In this document: positions 38,174 to 40,059 of the stretch, piece by piece
Numbering within the stretch: the stretch's first letter is position 1
How the letters are laid out: the number at the start of each line of letters is the position of its first letter
IMG/VR virus record: IMGVR_UViG_3300046491_000064
Coordinates: 1-40,059 of that record
Source of the DNA: a virus
Lineage: Duplodnaviria; Heunggongvirae; Uroviricota; Caudoviricetes
Length of the DNA stretch: 40,059 bases
Direction: 5' to 3' (one strand)
Program-made: the position numbers and the translations under genes
Notes under the pieces: generated by a model
What the model was told of the DNA's origin: nothing
Databases searched by the model: none
What the model saw: the letters and a program-made list of their open reading frames with translations, nothing else

Positions 38174-39540
38174 TGATGAAACAACCACACTCACTGATTA
38201 GACTTAAAAGTTCGCTGGTGAATACACCACATCTTATTGATGAGAACAGCTTTAAAAGCATCATGGCTTATGTAAACAGTCGAATCGAGGGTAACGCTGA
38301 CCTGACACCTGTTGGTGCTGATATGAGTTATGGTGACCCTGCTGATCGATATGTACAAGACACAAAGACCGGCGTAATGCATGTATCTGGTCCTTTGACC
38401 TACAAGACAACTGGATGGGAAGCACTCTGTGGTGGTACATCATATGAGATGCTGAAAGATCAGATGGAATACTTTGTAGCCAAAGGTGCTAAGACAGTCG
38501 CAATGATTGTCGATTCTGGTGGTGGTCAAGCTCACGGCATGATCGATAGTGCAAACTACATCAGAAAGCTTGCAGATGACAATGGTATCAAAATCATTGC
38601 ATATGTTGACGGATACTCTTGCTCTGCTGCTTACGGTATTAGCTGTATTGCTGATGAGATTGTAGCATCGTCTGGTAGTGTCATTGGTTCTATTGGTGTT
38701 CTGATTGAGCTTTACAATGATACTAAAGCACTTGAGAAAGCTGGCTATGAACGTACTTTTGTAACGGCAGGTAAAGACAAAGTTCCTTATGCTGAAGATG
38801 GTTCTTTCACGAAAGAGTTTATCGATGGTTTGCAGGACATGGTTGATACCCTGTACGAAGGTTTCACAAGTCATGTTGCTGAAGCTCGTGGAATGCAGCT
38901 ACAAGCTGTTAAAGACACTGAAGCTAATGTGTTCATGACCAGTGATGCAACTGAACTTGGGCTTATCGATAAGGTAATGACTGTCGAAGAGTTTTATGAC
39001 TATCTGGCTACTGAGGCTCAGAGTAATTTAGAGGGAAATGACATGGGCATTAAAGATGCTATCAAACTAACATTTACGGGGGATAAAGCTGAAATGGCTA
39101 AGCTCGAAGAACTTACCGCAGAACTGTCTGCATCGCAAGCAGCACGCACTGCCGCTGAAACCCAACTGACTGCATTGGCTGGTCAACTGACTGCTCAAGC
39201 TGATCAAATCACACAACTTACAACTGCACTTGAAGGTTTTAAAGCTGAACGTGCTGCTGCTGAACAAGCTGCTGCCGCTGCTAAATTGGAAAGTCGTAAA
39301 GCTTCATTGTCTCAGGTTCTGCCTGTTGAACAACTCGAAGATAAGCTTGCTGCTTACGCTAGCCTTGATGACGGTACATTCTCATTCGTAGTTAGTGAGC
39401 TTGCTGCAATCAAAGAAGCTCGTGCTGAAAGCTTTAAACCAGTAGGCGAAGAGGGTGTTGAGGAATCTACGGAAGAAACAACTCCAGAAGCAAATCTTTT
39501 GGCCGCTGGTATTGCAGCTGCTAAAGCTCTGCGTCGTTAA
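38173..39540 (+). CDS. S49 (SppA/ClpP-fold) prohead protease fused to a C-terminal coiled-coil scaffold
   Basis: DSGGG, CSAAY (catalytic Ser), GSIGV, GKDK; Ala/Glu-rich C-terminal 165 aa. Confidence 0.9.
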   Translation: MMKQPHSLIRLKSSLVNTPHLIDENSFKSIMAYVNSRIEGNADLTPVGADMSYGDPADRYVQDTKTGVMHVSGPLTYKTTGWEALCGGTSYEMLKDQMEYFVAKGAKTVAMIVDSGGGQAHGMIDSANYIRKLADDNGIKIIAYVDGYSCSAAYGISCIADEIVASSGSVIGSIGVLIELYNDTKALEKAGYERTFVTAGKDKVPYAEDGSFTKEFIDGLQDMVDTLYEGFTSHVAEARGMQLQAVKDTEANVFMTSDATELGLIDKVMTVEEFYDYLATEAQSNLEGNDMGIKDAIKLTFTGDKAEMAKLEELTAELSASQAARTAAETQLTALAGQLTAQADQITQLTTALEGFKAERAAAEQAAAAAKLESRKASLSQVLPVEQLEDKLAAYASLDDGTFSFVVSELAAIKEARAESFKPVGEEGVEESTEETTPEANLLAAGIAAAKALRR

Positions 39541-39570
39541 TTAAACATTCCAATTTAGAGGATAATAAAC

Positions 39571-40017
39571 ATGGCTTTCACTGAATTCAAATTTGCTAAA
39601 AAGGCTTCTGACCTTCTGATTGGTCATCTGACCCTGAACTTCAGCAACGATAACGCAAACATTACCCCGCCAGCTGCTGGTGCTGCCCTTGCCTTTGGTA
39701 CGGTAGTTGCTCGCGATAAAGGACTGGGTGTCGCTTCTCCTTGGGCTGCTGTCGTTGCTGGTGACCTGACCACTGATAATGAGTTCGCTGTAGTTTGGGG
39801 CAACCATTACGCATTCGCTTCCGACTTCGTGCCTCGTGCAATTGTATCTGGTAAGTATAACGCACTGGTAATTAAGCGTGATGCTCAGTTCAAAGAGTTC
39901 TACATTAAGCAGGCTCAGAGTGCTCTGTCCGCTACCAACTTCGACATTCTGAAACAGCTGATGGCTGATCAAGGTCTGCTGGTTCTGGATGACGTAACTA
40001 AGCTGAAAGCAGCTTAA
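39571..40017 (+). CDS. head decoration / cement-type structural protein (148 aa)
   Basis: Sits between protease and expected major capsid gene; LAFGTVVAR motif; GAGG SD. Confidence 0.7.
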   Translation: MAFTEFKFAKKASDLLIGHLTLNFSNDNANITPPAAGAALAFGTVVARDKGLGVASPWAAVVAGDLTTDNEFAVVWGNHYAFASDFVPRAIVSGKYNALVIKRDAQFKEFYIKQAQSALSATNFDILKQLMADQGLLVLDDVTKLKAA

Positions 40018-40059
40018 TTCGAATTAACAACTTTTGGGGTTTGAAAGAACCCCTTCACT

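Noticed and set aside
40036-40053. GGGGTT/AACCCC hairpin as a terminator after the decoration gene
   Set aside because: No clear T tract on + and the window ends 6 nt later, so it cannot be judged.
1-40059. Prophage or mobile element
   Set aside because: No integrase, repressor/antirepressor switch, transposase or host genes seen; content fits a lytic phage.

Overview
This window is about 40 kb of a tailed dsDNA bacteriophage genome. Its gene content and order resemble Felix O1-, PAK_P1- and Otagovirus-type myoviruses of gammaproteobacteria (inference, no database search run). No integrase, CRISPR array or IS element was seen. Four blocks: (1) 1-9277 (+), an early or host-takeover region of short unknown ORFs, most with their own sigma70-type promoter, plus repeated terminators; (2) about 9280-10490, a non-coding gap between convergent operons, probably the genome terminus, holding about 19 tandem short hairpins and sigma54-type boxes; (3) 10497-29925 (-), nucleotide and counter-defence genes including CYTH, T5orf172, PD-(D/E)xK, Toprim-only, metallophosphoesterase, permuted SLOG, DNA ligase, dCMP deaminase, HD hydrolase, a NAMPT-like plus PRS-like pair (NARP1 layout), Pnkp and Rnl1; (4) 30053-40059 (+), 23-bp-periodic repeats with a wHTH gene, a DUF4326 gene, 12 tRNAs interspersed with candidate ncRNAs and small ORFs, then head fiber, TerS, TerL, portal, S49 protease-scaffold and a head decoration-like gene. 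All coordinates and motifs were read by eye and all protein calls rest on recognised motifs only.
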